NCBI GenBank assembly: GCA_963422705.1
Contig: OY730443.1
Span: 2,270,694 to 2,334,693 of the forward strand
DNA from: Candidatus Poribacteria bacterium
Lineage (GTDB): Bacteria; Poribacteria; WGA-4E; WGA-3G
Direction: 5' to 3'
DNA: 64,000 nt
Shown here: positions 1-10,161 of the stretch, one piece after another
How positions within the stretch are numbered: the stretch's first letter is position 1
How the letters are laid out: every line of letters starts with the position of its first letter
Program-made: the position numbers and the translations under genes
Notes under the pieces: model-generated
The model's input: only the letters and a program-made list of their open reading frames with translations
Told to the model about the DNA's origin: nothing
The model's database searches: none

Positions 1-80
1 AAATTCCGTTTCTCTAAAGAGCTACGTTATACCTGCTTAACAAGTTGAGCGGATGTTTAAGACATCCCGCTAGAAAATCC

Positions 81-1772
81 TTAAGGAAGGCGAATCTCAT
101 CAACCAGAGCTTGCACCTCGTCCGGTGGGGGTGATGTGAAGGCTGAAACCGCAATGGCAACGATGAAGTTTAGCACCATTCCGAGGGTGCCGATGCCTTC
201 CGGTGAGATTCCCCACCACCAATTCTCAGGTGTATTTACTTCCGGGTTGATAAAATAGATGATGTACGCGCTGGTGAAAGTGATACCGACAATCATGCCG
301 CTGACAGCGCCGGCCTTGTTCATGCGTTTCGAAAAGATGCCCATGACAATAGCCGGAAAGAATGAACTTGCTGCGAGCCCAAATGCGAAAGCGACAACTT
401 GCCCAACAAACCCAGGCGGATTTATCCCAAAATATCCGGCAATGCAGACAGCAATACCTGCTGCAATTCGTGCCGCCATTAATTCCTGATTGTCACTCAA
501 ATCTCGGAGAATGGCGCCTTTAAGAAGATCATGGGCAACAGCCGTAGAGATTACCAGTAATAAGCCAGCGGCTGTGGATAAGGCTGCTGCTAAACCGCCC
601 GCAGCAACTAACCCAACAACCCAATTCGGAAGTTTCGCAATTTCAGGGTTCGCTAATACCATAATGTCCGGGTCAATTGTCAATTCATTCTCGACATCTG
701 ATTTCGGGCCACGGTATTGAATCGCGCCATCACGATTCTTATCTTCAAATTTTATTAATCCTGTCGCTTCCCAATTCTTAAACCATTCAGGAACATTTTC
801 ATACTTAACATCAGATAATATACCGTTTTGTTCATATTGCACTGTTTTGAGAAGGTTCGTGCGGGCGAAAACAGCCACGGCGGGTGCAGTGGTGTAAAGA
901 ATTGCAATAAAGAGCAGTGCCCATCCTGCGGAGATTCGCGCCTCGGATGCTTTTCGTACGGTGTAGAACCGGATAATAACGTGTGGCAGCCCCGCCGTCC
1001 CTAACATCAACGCAGCGGTGATGAAAAACACATCAATCGTTGCCTTGCTACCATCCGTGTAACGATTAAAACCGAGCGCCTCGTTTAATCCGTTAAGTCT
1101 ATCCAAAAGGTACGTCCCGGAACCATCTGCAACCTTTGCTACCAGTCCCATCTGCGGAATCGCGTTGTTGGTAATCAGCAGAGAAATAAAGATGGCGGGC
1201 ACCAGATATGCAAAAATCAGGACGCAGTATTGCGCGACTTGTGTATAAGTAATCCCTTTCATTCCACCAAGTACGGCGTAAAAGAACACAATCCCCATAC
1301 CGATTAGTACACCGGTTGTAATATCAACATTCAGAAATCGAGAAAAGACAATACCGACACCGCGCATCTGTCCAGCCACGTAGGTGAACGAGACAAAGAT
1401 AGCACACACGACAGCGACAACCCGGGCCAACTGAGAATAATACCTATCGCCAACAAAATCAGGCACGGTATATTTTCCAAATTTCCGGAGGTACGGTGCC
1501 AGCAGCAGTGCTAGCAGAACGTACCCGCCTGTCCACCCAAGCAGATAGACGGAACCATCGCGCCCCATAAAGGAGATAAGCCCGGCCATCGAGATAAATG
1601 AGGCAGCACTCATCCAATCTGCCGCTGTTGCCATCCCGTTTACAATTGGATGCACATTACTCCCGGCAATGTAGAAATCCCCCGTTGAACGCGCCTTTGA
1701 CCAAAGTGCAACTCCAATATATAACACGAAGGAGATTGCCACCATCACGAATGTCCAAGCTTGTACGTTCAT
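81..1772 (-). CDS. Sodium:solute symporter family (SSF) transporter, ActP/PutP-like
   Basis: 563-aa multi-TM ORF. N-terminus (DFYIAGSNVHPIVNGMATAADWMSAASFISMAG) matches the SSF signature of cation/acetate symporters. The start overlaps a small upstream membrane ORF, as in yjcH-actP operons. Confidence 0.8.
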   Translation of the reverse strand: MNVQAWTFVMVAISFVLYIGVALWSKARSTGDFYIAGSNVHPIVNGMATAADWMSAASFISMAGLISFMGRDGSVYLLGWTGGYVLLALLLAPYLRKFGKYTVPDFVGDRYYSQLARVVAVVCAIFVSFTYVAGQMRGVGIVFSRFLNVDITTGVLIGMGIVFFYAVLGGMKGITYTQVAQYCVLIFAYLVPAIFISLLITNNAIPQMGLVAKVADGSGTYLLDRLNGLNEALGFNRYTDGSKATIDVFFITAALMLGTAGLPHVIIRFYTVRKASEARISAGWALLFIAILYTTAPAVAVFARTNLLKTVQYEQNGILSDVKYENVPEWFKNWEATGLIKFEDKNRDGAIQYRGPKSDVENELTIDPDIMVLANPEIAKLPNWVVGLVAAGGLAAALSTAAGLLLVISTAVAHDLLKGAILRDLSDNQELMAARIAAGIAVCIAGYFGINPPGFVGQVVAFAFGLAASSFFPAIVMGIFSKRMNKAGAVSGMIVGITFTSAYIIYFINPEVNTPENWWWGISPEGIGTLGMVLNFIVAIAVSAFTSPPPDEVQALVDEIRLP

Positions 1773-2050
1773 GCTGACTCCTTTTCGCCCGATGCTTCTG
1801 TTTTCCAGTACTTCTTTTCTAAGCGGTTCATCAGCGCGGCATAGACAAAAATGAGCTCAACGAAAATCCAGATTGATGCCTGTTGCGCAAAGTAGAAGCC
1901 GATACGGTACCCACCGATTTGAATTTTGTCTAACTGTTCAACGAAAACAATTGAGCAGAGATACGAAGTGATAAACCAGATTCCGAGTAAAATCGCAAGG
2001 TATTGTAGATTCTTCCGCCAGTACACGCGATTTTTATCCGTTGTCTCCAT
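1769..2050 (-). CDS. Small membrane protein (DUF485/DUF4212-like symporter-associated subunit)
   Basis: 93-aa two-TM ORF. Its stop overlaps the symporter start, the classic pairing with SSF transporters. Confidence 0.5.
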   Translation of the reverse strand: METTDKNRVYWRKNLQYLAILLGIWFITSYLCSIVFVEQLDKIQIGGYRIGFYFAQQASIWIFVELIFVYAALMNRLEKKYWKTEASGEKESA

Positions 2051-2106
2051 AACTTGTCCCCCTGATTGCTTTGCAAAAGATTCTCTGAAAAGCGAATTCC
2101 AATTAA

Positions 2107-2694
2107 TTAATAATTTTCCGGAAACATTACCCTTTCCACATGTTCAATCAGGATGTGCAGCACCTTAATATGGATTTCCTGAATTCTATCTGCCGTGTTA
2201 CCGGGGGCGATGAGGGAAACATCGCAGTGTTCCTTAAGGGTACCCCCATCCGCGCCGAGCAATCCAAAGACGGACATTCCGCGTGATTTCGCTGCCATCG
2301 CTGCCCGGACGACATTGACGGACATTCCGCTCGTTGAGAGTGCAACGAGCAAATCTCCTGGGTGTCCTAATGCCAACAGTGGACGTACGAAAACCTCCTC
2401 GAACCCAAAGTCATTAGCGGTGCAAGTGAGATGCCCCGCATCACTCAAGGCAATCACGGGAAGCGGAATGCGCTCATCACGAAACTTCCCGGTGCATTCT
2501 TCTGCAAAATGGATGGCGTCGCACAAACTTCCGCCGTTTCCACACGTGAAGATTCTGCCTTGACGCTCAAATACGTTTTGCATCAAGCCAACGCCCTCTG
2601 CAATTTTCCTAAGATTCTCCGGTGCTTGAAGAAATCTGTCGAGGACGTCACGGGTTTCTAAAAGGGAACGGTGGATGCTACAAAAAATGTCCAC
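2107..2694 (-). CDS. gmhA: SIS-domain sugar-phosphate isomerase (GmhA-like phosphoheptose isomerase)
   Basis: 195 aa. SIS motifs (GNGGS..., LLVALSTSGMSVNVVRAAMAAKSRGMSVFGL) typical of D-sedoheptulose-7-phosphate isomerase. Confidence 0.7.
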   Translation of the reverse strand: MDIFCSIHRSLLETRDVLDRFLQAPENLRKIAEGVGLMQNVFERQGRIFTCGNGGSLCDAIHFAEECTGKFRDERIPLPVIALSDAGHLTCTANDFGFEEVFVRPLLALGHPGDLLVALSTSGMSVNVVRAAMAAKSRGMSVFGLLGADGGTLKEHCDVSLIAPGNTADRIQEIHIKVLHILIEHVERVMFPENY

Positions 2695-2723
2695 GTTTTT
2701 TTCTCTATACGATGATAGGGGTT

Positions 2724-3761
2724 TCAGGCGGATTCGGATTCAACCTTTACAACGATTTTACCGAATTTCTCTCCTGTAAAAAGCGCGATAAAAGCCTTTG
2801 AGGCATTCTCCAAACCTTCTACAACGGTTTCTTCCCACTTCATTTTGCCTTCCGCAATCCACTGACGCATATCGCGATAAAATTCCGCATTTCGTCCCAG
2901 ATAATCAGTGACGATAAATCCTTCTAATCGTAAACGTTTGCCGATAGCGGTACTGAGATTCGAGGGGCCCGGGGTAGGTTCAATATCGTTATAGTGGGAA
3001 ATCATACCGCACAAGGCGATGCGCCCATGCATGTTCATAACAGAAAGTGCCGCCTCAAGGTGTTTGCCGCCCACATTTTCAAAGTAGACATCAAGTCCAT
3101 TTGGGCAATGCTGCCTCAGTTCAGCTGTTAAATTATCAACAGACTTATAGTTAAACGCTGCGTCAATGCCGGCTGTCTCTAGGAGCCAATTAACCTTCCG
3201 CTCTGAGCCTGCACTCCCTACCACGCGGCATCCCTTGATTTTGGCGATTTGACAAACAACTGAACCGACAGCACCAGCAGCCGCGGAAACGAAAACAGTC
3301 TCTCCCGCTTCAGGTTGTCCAATGTCCAGTAGCCCAAAGTAGCCAGTCCGTCCGGGCATCCCTACCGCGCCCAAAAACGACTGGATTGGGGCAATAGTCA
3401 AGTCAATCTTGGTTAAAGCTTCCGCAGGGGCAACGTAACTATCTCGCCACCCTAGCATCCCGGATACAGCGTCCCCCTTATGAAACGCCGCACTCTTTGA
3501 TTCCACAATCTTACCAACACAACGCCCTTCCAGCGGCTTACCCAGCTCAGCAGCCCGCATGACACCTCGCATGTAGGGGTCCACCGATGTATACAGATTT
3601 TGAACTAACACTTCACCTGCTTTCGGTTCACGGAGTGGTACTTCAACAAGTTCAAAATCACTTTCCTTGGGCATACCGACGATACGGTTCTTGAGATGAA
3701 TTTCTCGACTATTCAGCATTATCCCTCCTATGGATTTGAAATTTCCTCTTTTCCCAAACAA
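2724..3761 (-). CDS. NADP-dependent oxidoreductase, medium-chain dehydrogenase/reductase family (YncB/LTB4DH-like)
   Basis: 345 aa. Rossmann motif AAGAVGSVVCQIAKIKGCRVVGSAGS and MDR-like architecture. The true start is probably internal (MPKESDFELVEV). Confidence 0.75.
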   Translation of the reverse strand: MFGKRGNFKSIGGIMLNSREIHLKNRIVGMPKESDFELVEVPLREPKAGEVLVQNLYTSVDPYMRGVMRAAELGKPLEGRCVGKIVESKSAAFHKGDAVSGMLGWRDSYVAPAEALTKIDLTIAPIQSFLGAVGMPGRTGYFGLLDIGQPEAGETVFVSAAAGAVGSVVCQIAKIKGCRVVGSAGSERKVNWLLETAGIDAAFNYKSVDNLTAELRQHCPNGLDVYFENVGGKHLEAALSVMNMHGRIALCGMISHYNDIEPTPGPSNLSTAIGKRLRLEGFIVTDYLGRNAEFYRDMRQWIAEGKMKWEETVVEGLENASKAFIALFTGEKFGKIVVKVESESA

Positions 3762-3931
3762 TATGATAACATATATGAAAAAAAAGTCAATATCATTCCG
3801 TTTTCGACATTTTCGTGGGTTTGAATGGTTCCGCCGCGCCTTATTCCCTTCATTGATAGATTTTCAATAAGCTTGTATCATGTCATTCATGGGGAGCATT
3901 CCGTTAGCAAAGGTTTCAGCCTTGCGAACGA

Positions 3932-4822
3932 GTGCTTATCCTGAAAATCCTCATTCACATAATATGCATGAAAGGACTCGCCATGCGCATCGAAAAACCG
4001 AAGCAAAAATACGATGGATTAATCGCGGACGGTTACTGCGTCATCAAAGGCGTGTTACAGGAAGATATGCTGACGCGGCTTCAGGCCGTGACAGATTCCC
4101 TGCTTGACACACAAACCGAAGATGAACGCGCTGCCTACCGTTCATCAGGTAGTATGATTCGTGTGTCTGAACATCCACTGTTTGCTGAACTGGTAGCTTA
4201 TCCACGTGCGTTACAAACCTTAGATGCGTTAGGGTTTTTAAGGCCAAAATGGTCATCGGGGTACATCATCAGTAAACCCCCGCAGAGCCCACCGCTATTT
4301 TGGCATCAAGACTGGTGGGGCTGGGATGATGCGTGTAGCTATACCCCACTCCCACAACAACTGTTTCTGATGTATTATTTGGTTGAGACAACGCCGCATA
4401 ATGGGTGCCTCCGCGTGCTTAAAGGGACGCACGTCAAGCGGCATCCGATGCACGATATCCTGCCGGACGCGCACGGTGAAAACTTGCAGCGTGTCAACAA
4501 CCCAAGTCATCCCGCCTATCAGCGGTTGCCTGATGAGATTGATGTCCCTGTGCAAGCAGGTGATTTGGTTATCGGAGATTCGCGGCTGCTGCACGCATCA
4601 CACAGCAATCAGTCTAATGAACGTCGCACCGTGATTACGCTCTGGTACCATCCATTCTTTGCGCTTCTTCCGGCGCGTTTGCGCGCACAAATCTGTAGAC
4701 TCCGACAGGCGCGCGGCTGGGCAGCATCAGATGACGAGCGAATCGGACAATTGAACCCTGTCTATCAGGGTGATGTTAAACCGCAGGGATGGAATAGATT
4801 ACCTGGACATGAGTTAAGGTAA
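3932..4822 (+). CDS. Phytanoyl-CoA dioxygenase (PhyH) family Fe(II)/2OG oxygenase
   Basis: HQDWWGWDD and a downstream His, characteristic of the PhyH family. The start may be the internal MRIEKPKQ. Confidence 0.6.
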   Translation: MLILKILIHIICMKGLAMRIEKPKQKYDGLIADGYCVIKGVLQEDMLTRLQAVTDSLLDTQTEDERAAYRSSGSMIRVSEHPLFAELVAYPRALQTLDALGFLRPKWSSGYIISKPPQSPPLFWHQDWWGWDDACSYTPLPQQLFLMYYLVETTPHNGCLRVLKGTHVKRHPMHDILPDAHGENLQRVNNPSHPAYQRLPDEIDVPVQAGDLVIGDSRLLHASHSNQSNERRTVITLWYHPFFALLPARLRAQICRLRQARGWAASDDERIGQLNPVYQGDVKPQGWNRLPGHELR

Positions 4823-4881
4823 ATTCAATCACTTTTGACGTATCCCTGCTCACCCGGGGATAAACAAAGGGTTCAGAAGAG

Positions 4882-6315
4882 GTGAAAAGAATACCGATTA
4901 TGAGAAAAAAGAAACCCCACATTCTCCTCCTTATCAATGATGAGCACCGCCCAGATATATTACCAATTGAAGGGAATACCGCGATTCGGACTCCCACACT
5001 ATCTCGGTTTATGAATGAAGGAAACTACTTCCGCAATACCTACACCCCTTCACCAATCTGTGTCCCTGCCAGACAGAGTTTCCTTTCCGGGCTATACCCA
5101 CGCAACTGCGGTAGCCTCAACTTCGGTGACGCGATGCCGACAGAAGTTCGAACAATTCCTGGCCATTTGGGAAATTATGGGTACTACACCTGCTGCGCTG
5201 GCAAGATGCACTTTGTCGGGACAGATGTGATGCACGGATGGTATGAACGCATTGGACGCGATATTGTCGGGAATAATGGATACCCCTACGCCGCTGTTAA
5301 GGATGAACAGTACGCACGGATTGAACAGGAGCCGGGCACCGGGGCAAAGCAGAACAAGGTTATACAAGAAATCCGGGATGCACAACCCGGATTAGGACAC
5401 TGGATGCTACATGACCGGTACACGGTAGATGGTGCGCTCTTGTTTCTTGAAGAATATTTTGTGAATCCATCTTACGACAGGCCTCAGTCAAAACCACTCT
5501 GTCTCGCAGTCAGCCTCTGGGCGCCACACTATCCGTACCAGTGCCCACTCAATTTATTCAATTATTATATGCAGCGGGTGGAGCCGATTATTGAAGAGCC
5601 TAACGAGCAATTTGAATGTGCAGACTTTTTTAACGTGCGGGTTAACCAAGATGTTACGTACCGCCAAGCACACCGCGCGACTGCAGCATACTACGGAATG
5701 ATTGAGTGGATGGATGCGCAATTTGGACGCGTCATTGAGAAATTGGAACATTTGAATCTCCTTGATGATTTTATCGTGGTATTTCTATCGGACCACGGTG
5801 AGATGCTCGGCACAAAAGGGCTTTGGGAAAAACAGAGTTATTTTGACGCTTCAGCACGGGTACCCCTGTCCATCTGGTACCCTAAACGGTTCGGCAAAAA
5901 CGCAAGGTGCATCACGGAAAATGTCTCCTTAGTCGATGTGTTTCCCACCTTGTGCGAATTGGCAGAAATCCCAATACCTGACGAGCTTGATGGCTGTTCA
6001 CTCGTACCTTTGATTGAAGACACGGCAGACGACTGGCAAGATACGGTTTATAGTGAGCTCTGGGGAGCCCAAAACGGGCCATCTGTGATGGTAAAGCAGG
6101 GAACGCTAAAGTACTTCCGGTTTGATAACGGAAAAGGGTGGCCCGAACAACTCTTCGAACTGTCCGAAGACCCGGCAGAACGAAACAACCTAATTAATAA
6201 CCCTGTTTATGCAAACGCATTGGCAAATCTACGGGCCAAAGCCGACGCCTTACCATCACCACGACGGAAGAACGCGAACAACAGTTTTGTCGAACCACAT
6301 CGGGCAATCTTGTAG
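4882..6315 (+). CDS. Sulfatase (arylsulfatase family, formylglycine-dependent)
   Basis: 477 aa. C-x-P-x-R sulfatase signature (CVPARQSFLSGLYP) plus the N-terminal metal-binding region LLINDEHR. Confidence 0.85.
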   Translation: MKRIPIMRKKKPHILLLINDEHRPDILPIEGNTAIRTPTLSRFMNEGNYFRNTYTPSPICVPARQSFLSGLYPRNCGSLNFGDAMPTEVRTIPGHLGNYGYYTCCAGKMHFVGTDVMHGWYERIGRDIVGNNGYPYAAVKDEQYARIEQEPGTGAKQNKVIQEIRDAQPGLGHWMLHDRYTVDGALLFLEEYFVNPSYDRPQSKPLCLAVSLWAPHYPYQCPLNLFNYYMQRVEPIIEEPNEQFECADFFNVRVNQDVTYRQAHRATAAYYGMIEWMDAQFGRVIEKLEHLNLLDDFIVVFLSDHGEMLGTKGLWEKQSYFDASARVPLSIWYPKRFGKNARCITENVSLVDVFPTLCELAEIPIPDELDGCSLVPLIEDTADDWQDTVYSELWGAQNGPSVMVKQGTLKYFRFDNGKGWPEQLFELSEDPAERNNLINNPVYANALANLRAKADALPSPRRKNANNSFVEPHRAIL

Positions 6316-6420
6316 GGATACGGAAAATTCACAGATTGAACTTTAGGGAATACGACGGCCCTCACCGGTTAAGCCCCGGTTTTTGACTTTACATGAACCA
6401 GCCGCATCAGATAACCGTGC

Positions 6421-6975
6421 TCAAACGACTTCTGGTAAGTATTGAGATAATAATTTTTTAGCGTTTTCTTGTTGAACTGGTTGAAATTTATGCTGTTCAA
6501 GCCACCATGGGAATCTGTCCCCGGGTTTATGTACACCGAGAATATACGCCTCTTCGCCTAAACCGAGTTTATAATCCCCCTCTGCTTTCCATTGGAAGCC
6601 TGTTAGCTTTTTAAACCTTGTAAAATTTCCATAAACAGTGATGCCATTTTCACGGATTTCAAACCGGCGGTTGGCTGAGGACGCGGAAACCGCAGCGCAT
6701 GTGAGGCATATCAGTAACCCTGTCGGCGATGGAGTGTTCGAATCACTCAAAATTCTTGACAGGATTATTTCGATAACGGGAATTGCAACATAACCAACGG
6801 ACATAAAGAGAAAAAGAAGCTGATGAAATCGCGATTGGGGTAGGTGATACACAACCTGTCCCATTTTCTTTCGTTTCCAAAACAGGTAAAAACTACTAAT
6901 GGACAAAACCAAAATAAAATAACCGACAACAATTAGATGTTCAAATTTCATTAATCTTCGGGCATTCCTCCCCAT
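6421..6975 (-). CDS. Hypothetical membrane protein
   Basis: 184-aa ORF with 3-4 predicted TM helices and no recognisable family. Its start codon sits inside a 15-bp perfect inverted repeat. Confidence 0.35.
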   Translation of the reverse strand: MGRNARRLMKFEHLIVVGYFILVLSISSFYLFWKRKKMGQVVYHLPQSRFHQLLFLFMSVGYVAIPVIEIILSRILSDSNTPSPTGLLICLTCAAVSASSANRRFEIRENGITVYGNFTRFKKLTGFQWKAEGDYKLGLGEEAYILGVHKPGDRFPWWLEQHKFQPVQQENAKKLLSQYLPEVV

Positions 6976-7108
6976 CCTTTAGGTTGGGGAGGAATGCCCG
7001 CTCCTATAGTAAAAGTTGAGGCGTGTTAGCACGCGAAAATCAGAACGCTTCGCCCCTGTGGTTAATCGTTTGTTTCCCATACTGTATATCGAAAACAAAC
7101 CATTTGCG

Positions 7109-7759
7109 TTAACGCCAGCAAGAGCGTAGGGCGAAACCGCCGTTTCGGCGGGTTAAACCGTATTTGACATGATTAATCAATGTATTTTTGACTAAGCCTT
7201 GACCTAATACAGTGCCACCCACACGTGTGCGTTTACCACCTTTCGCTTCCTGTTGCCTATGGAGCTCTCTTCGCTTTATCGGTATCGGTGAAACACACAG
7301 GAAGTCCGTGGTATCAGGGACACCGGAACCGCCAACCGTGTGATACGCCAAGCACCAACTATCTACACAATGAGCGTCAAAGGTTTCTGATAACTTCTTT
7401 GAGGACTTCTTGAGACCTAACCTCTCTCGTATTTCTTTCGTCTCCCACCCTTGTAAAGTTAACAGTTCCCACCGTTTACGGATTTCGCGATAGAACCACT
7501 GTTTACCAACTTGAAGCGGACTAAAGGAGGTGTTCCACTTCTTCGCACCTTCTATTGTCCGTGCCTTAATATCCTCAACACAAACGTGGCTAACCGGATA
7601 CAGTTTGGACAACCAATCCAATATCCGAAGTTTCCAGTCCCATCTCCCACGCGTGCCAGCAGGGACGCGGGCTTTGTTCGCAAGACGGTTCGTCCGGTTC
7701 TTGCGATTCGGACATTTTCGTGAACGCCGACTTCTACGCAACTCTCGACGCTTCGCCAC
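7109..7759 (-). CDS. Arginine-rich RRXRR-like nuclease fragment (possible truncated IscB/IsrB/Cas9-type RuvC protein)
   Basis: 216 aa. Arg-rich bridge-helix-like N-terminus (KRRELRRSRRSRKCPNRKNRTNR), a RuvC-II-like LSKLYPVSHVCVEDIK and a RuvC-III-like FDAHCVDSWCLAYH. It starts on GTG directly after an in-frame stop, with no RuvC-I upstream. Its 3' end carries the 25-nt motif also inserted in tnpB#1. Confidence 0.3.
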   Translation of the reverse strand: MAKRRELRRSRRSRKCPNRKNRTNRLANKARVPAGTRGRWDWKLRILDWLSKLYPVSHVCVEDIKARTIEGAKKWNTSFSPLQVGKQWFYREIRKRWELLTLQGWETKEIRERLGLKKSSKKLSETFDAHCVDSWCLAYHTVGGSGVPDTTDFLCVSPIPIKRRELHRQQEAKGGKRTRVGGTVLGQGLVKNTLINHVKYGLTRRNGGFALRSCWR

Positions 7760-7958
7760 TTCCTTGATATTTTACTGTAGAAAATCGTTTAACTTGTGGA
7801 GTGAACGTTTGGCATACGCTTCGCACAAGCCCGATGCTTTAGCTTGGGGTTATTGACTGTTTGTTCGTCTATAGAGATGGTTCTAAATCCATGATTCCAG
7901 TGTAAGATTTCGGTGTTATGACATCATCGTGTATGCCGCGCCGGCGTTTTTGCCAAAG

Positions 7959-9719
7959 TTAAATCCGGAAAATCTCCCCTAACTTCCCACCAAGCACCCG
8001 CCCTGCGCCGAGTAGACATGTAATTAAAATTAACATCCCAACGACGCCCAAAGCACTTGCGGTATATGGCCCTTGGTCAGGGCGTTGTGAAAGTGCCCAA
8101 ATTGCTTTTGTAATCGGATAGTGCTCGTCACGCATTGCCAAGATTAGGCTATCGCTGACTTCTAGCATAGAGAAGGAAAATACCAGAATTGCCCCGGCAA
8201 GGATGTTGGCGATGACTAAGGGTAACGTGATTTTATATAAGGTACGCATCGGATTGGCGCCGATATTCTGTGAAGCCTCTTCATAGGTGACGCTTGTCTG
8301 CTGGAGTCCCGCGTAGATAGCGCGTAACATATACGGTAATCGCCGCACGGCATAACTGATAATCAGGAGGAATGTCGGGTTCTGCCGCGGGTCCAACACA
8401 GCAACGAATTCTTTAGGAAGATGCCGTAGGAGAAGCGTCGTATCTGCAAAACTGCCCAGGTACCCGAAGGCAATCGCAACGCCCGGTAGCGCTAATGGCA
8501 GCATTGCAATCGCATCTAATAGGTTTTGAAACGGGAGACGTTTCCGTGTCAGAAGATATGAGATGACAATTCCGATGATGAGTGCAATCAGCGTGCTGAA
8601 AATGCTGTATTTTAAGCTGTTGAGAATACTCGGTAACGTATCTGAATGTGTGAACGTTTCAGCATAATGTGCCAATGTCCACGATTGAGGGAGGACACTT
8701 AAACGCCACTGGCTTGCGTCTGGTGTTAAGGAAACGAGGATAACACTGATATGGGGTAGTAGCGCCATGAGCGTCAATCCACCAATAAAGAGATATATCA
8801 GGCTACGCATCGCCCAATTTGCATCCACCTCACGAGATGTGACGTGTCCGCGCCCGAGCATTTCATAGTGCTTACTGCCTGTCCACCGTTTGGAAACGTA
8901 GAAAGCAAGCGCAGTTAGCACGATAATTAAAACAACGAGTGCGTACCCCATGGGGTTCGCGTTTGCTTCGGTGACTTGCCGAAAAATTCGTACAGCAATG
9001 ACTTCATTGTAGTCAAAAATCAGCGGTGTGCCAAGGTCTGTGAATGCCCAAATAAAGACAAGAATTGCGCCTGCAAAATATCCGGGCATCATCAGGGGTA
9101 ATGTTATCCGGCGGAAGACTTGAAACCGCGATGCGCCCAGATTCTCCGCCGCTTCTTCTAAGCTCGGGTCGACGTTTGCCAATGCAGCGACAATATTTAG
9201 GTACATTATCGGGTACAGGTGTAACGTTGACAACAGCACGACTCCCCAAAACCCCCCTCCGAACCAGTCTATCGTCTCGGTTATGTCAATCACGTTAAGT
9301 TTAATCAAGAGCATGTTCACACTGCCGTACGAGCCGAAAAATTGTTTCATACCGATAGCCCCAACGAAGGGCGGCATAATCATCGGAATCAGGATAATGG
9401 AACCGAACATATCTCGCCCTGGATACCGGTAGCGGGTTAGGAAATATGCTAGGGGAAGGCTTACCGCGCTCGTGACAAGTGTTACCATCACACCAATTTT
9501 AAAACTATTGATAACCAGCGCCCGAATATTCGTGTCTGTCACCATCAATTTAAAGTACGTCAGATTGAAGCTATTCTCAATCCAGAAAGCTTCTTTGAAT
9601 ACGTAGAGGAGCGGGTATATGAGAAAGGCAACGAAGAATAGCAGTGTTAGTACGAAAATCGTACTAACTGATGGCGTTAAATCATATTTGCGACTGATTT
9701 TATTCATGAATAGCAGCAT
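7959..9719 (-). CDS. ABC transporter permease, fused two-domain type (Fe3+/thiamine FbpB/ThiP-like)
   Basis: 586 aa with ~12 TM helices and two EAA-like permease modules. Confidence 0.8.
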   Translation of the reverse strand: MLLFMNKISRKYDLTPSVSTIFVLTLLFFVAFLIYPLLYVFKEAFWIENSFNLTYFKLMVTDTNIRALVINSFKIGVMVTLVTSAVSLPLAYFLTRYRYPGRDMFGSIILIPMIMPPFVGAIGMKQFFGSYGSVNMLLIKLNVIDITETIDWFGGGFWGVVLLSTLHLYPIMYLNIVAALANVDPSLEEAAENLGASRFQVFRRITLPLMMPGYFAGAILVFIWAFTDLGTPLIFDYNEVIAVRIFRQVTEANANPMGYALVVLIIVLTALAFYVSKRWTGSKHYEMLGRGHVTSREVDANWAMRSLIYLFIGGLTLMALLPHISVILVSLTPDASQWRLSVLPQSWTLAHYAETFTHSDTLPSILNSLKYSIFSTLIALIIGIVISYLLTRKRLPFQNLLDAIAMLPLALPGVAIAFGYLGSFADTTLLLRHLPKEFVAVLDPRQNPTFLLIISYAVRRLPYMLRAIYAGLQQTSVTYEEASQNIGANPMRTLYKITLPLVIANILAGAILVFSFSMLEVSDSLILAMRDEHYPITKAIWALSQRPDQGPYTASALGVVGMLILITCLLGAGRVLGGKLGEIFRI

Positions 9720-9956
9720 TCTCTCTGAACTAAAATTTGCCTGGGGCGAGTTAGGCGTTTTTTCTGTGCAATTCTGCGGATTTAAAGTCTTTATGCAAAG
9801 ATGTTTGTTTGTGATTTACTGAATTATGATACCCCATCTTATGCAAAATTGCACACATTTTCGCTTGTGAAGGGACATCCTACCGATTTTTGTTGATACC
9901 GAATTGGGTTTTATGTGATAATAACGTCGTACTTAATCTCAAAGTCACATCTATTT

Positions 9957-9992
9957 ATTAAGTTCACGCTTGTTATTAAGTTCACGCTTGAA
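9957..9992. repeat. Perfect 18-bp tandem duplication (ttattaagttcacgcttg x2)
   Basis: Read directly from the sequence. Intergenic, between the ABC permease and the IS element. Confidence 0.7.
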
Positions 9993-10113
9993 AATCGCGT
10001 TTAGATATACTTTCTGGTGTCCCGTTTGCAAGGTGCGTCTTAACGCTCCCCGTCAAATCCCCATACTTTAGCTTGCGGGATGTAGACGGCGAAGTCCCAG
10101 ATAGAAAATATAG

Positions 10114-10142
10114 TTGACAATCTAATCATAATGTGGTATAAT
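10114..10142 (+). promoter_or_regulatory. Consensus sigma70-type promoter (TTGACA-N17-TGgTATAAT) upstream of tnpA
   Basis: TTGACA at 10114-10119, a 17-nt spacer, an extended -10 TGg, and TATAAT at 10137-10142. It lies about 25 bp upstream of the tnpA reading frame. Confidence 0.5.
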
Positions 10143-10161
10143 ATACTATACACTATAATAG

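Noticed and set aside
259-720. Two 76-aa plus-strand ORFs
   Set aside because: Embedded antisense within the well-supported symporter gene.
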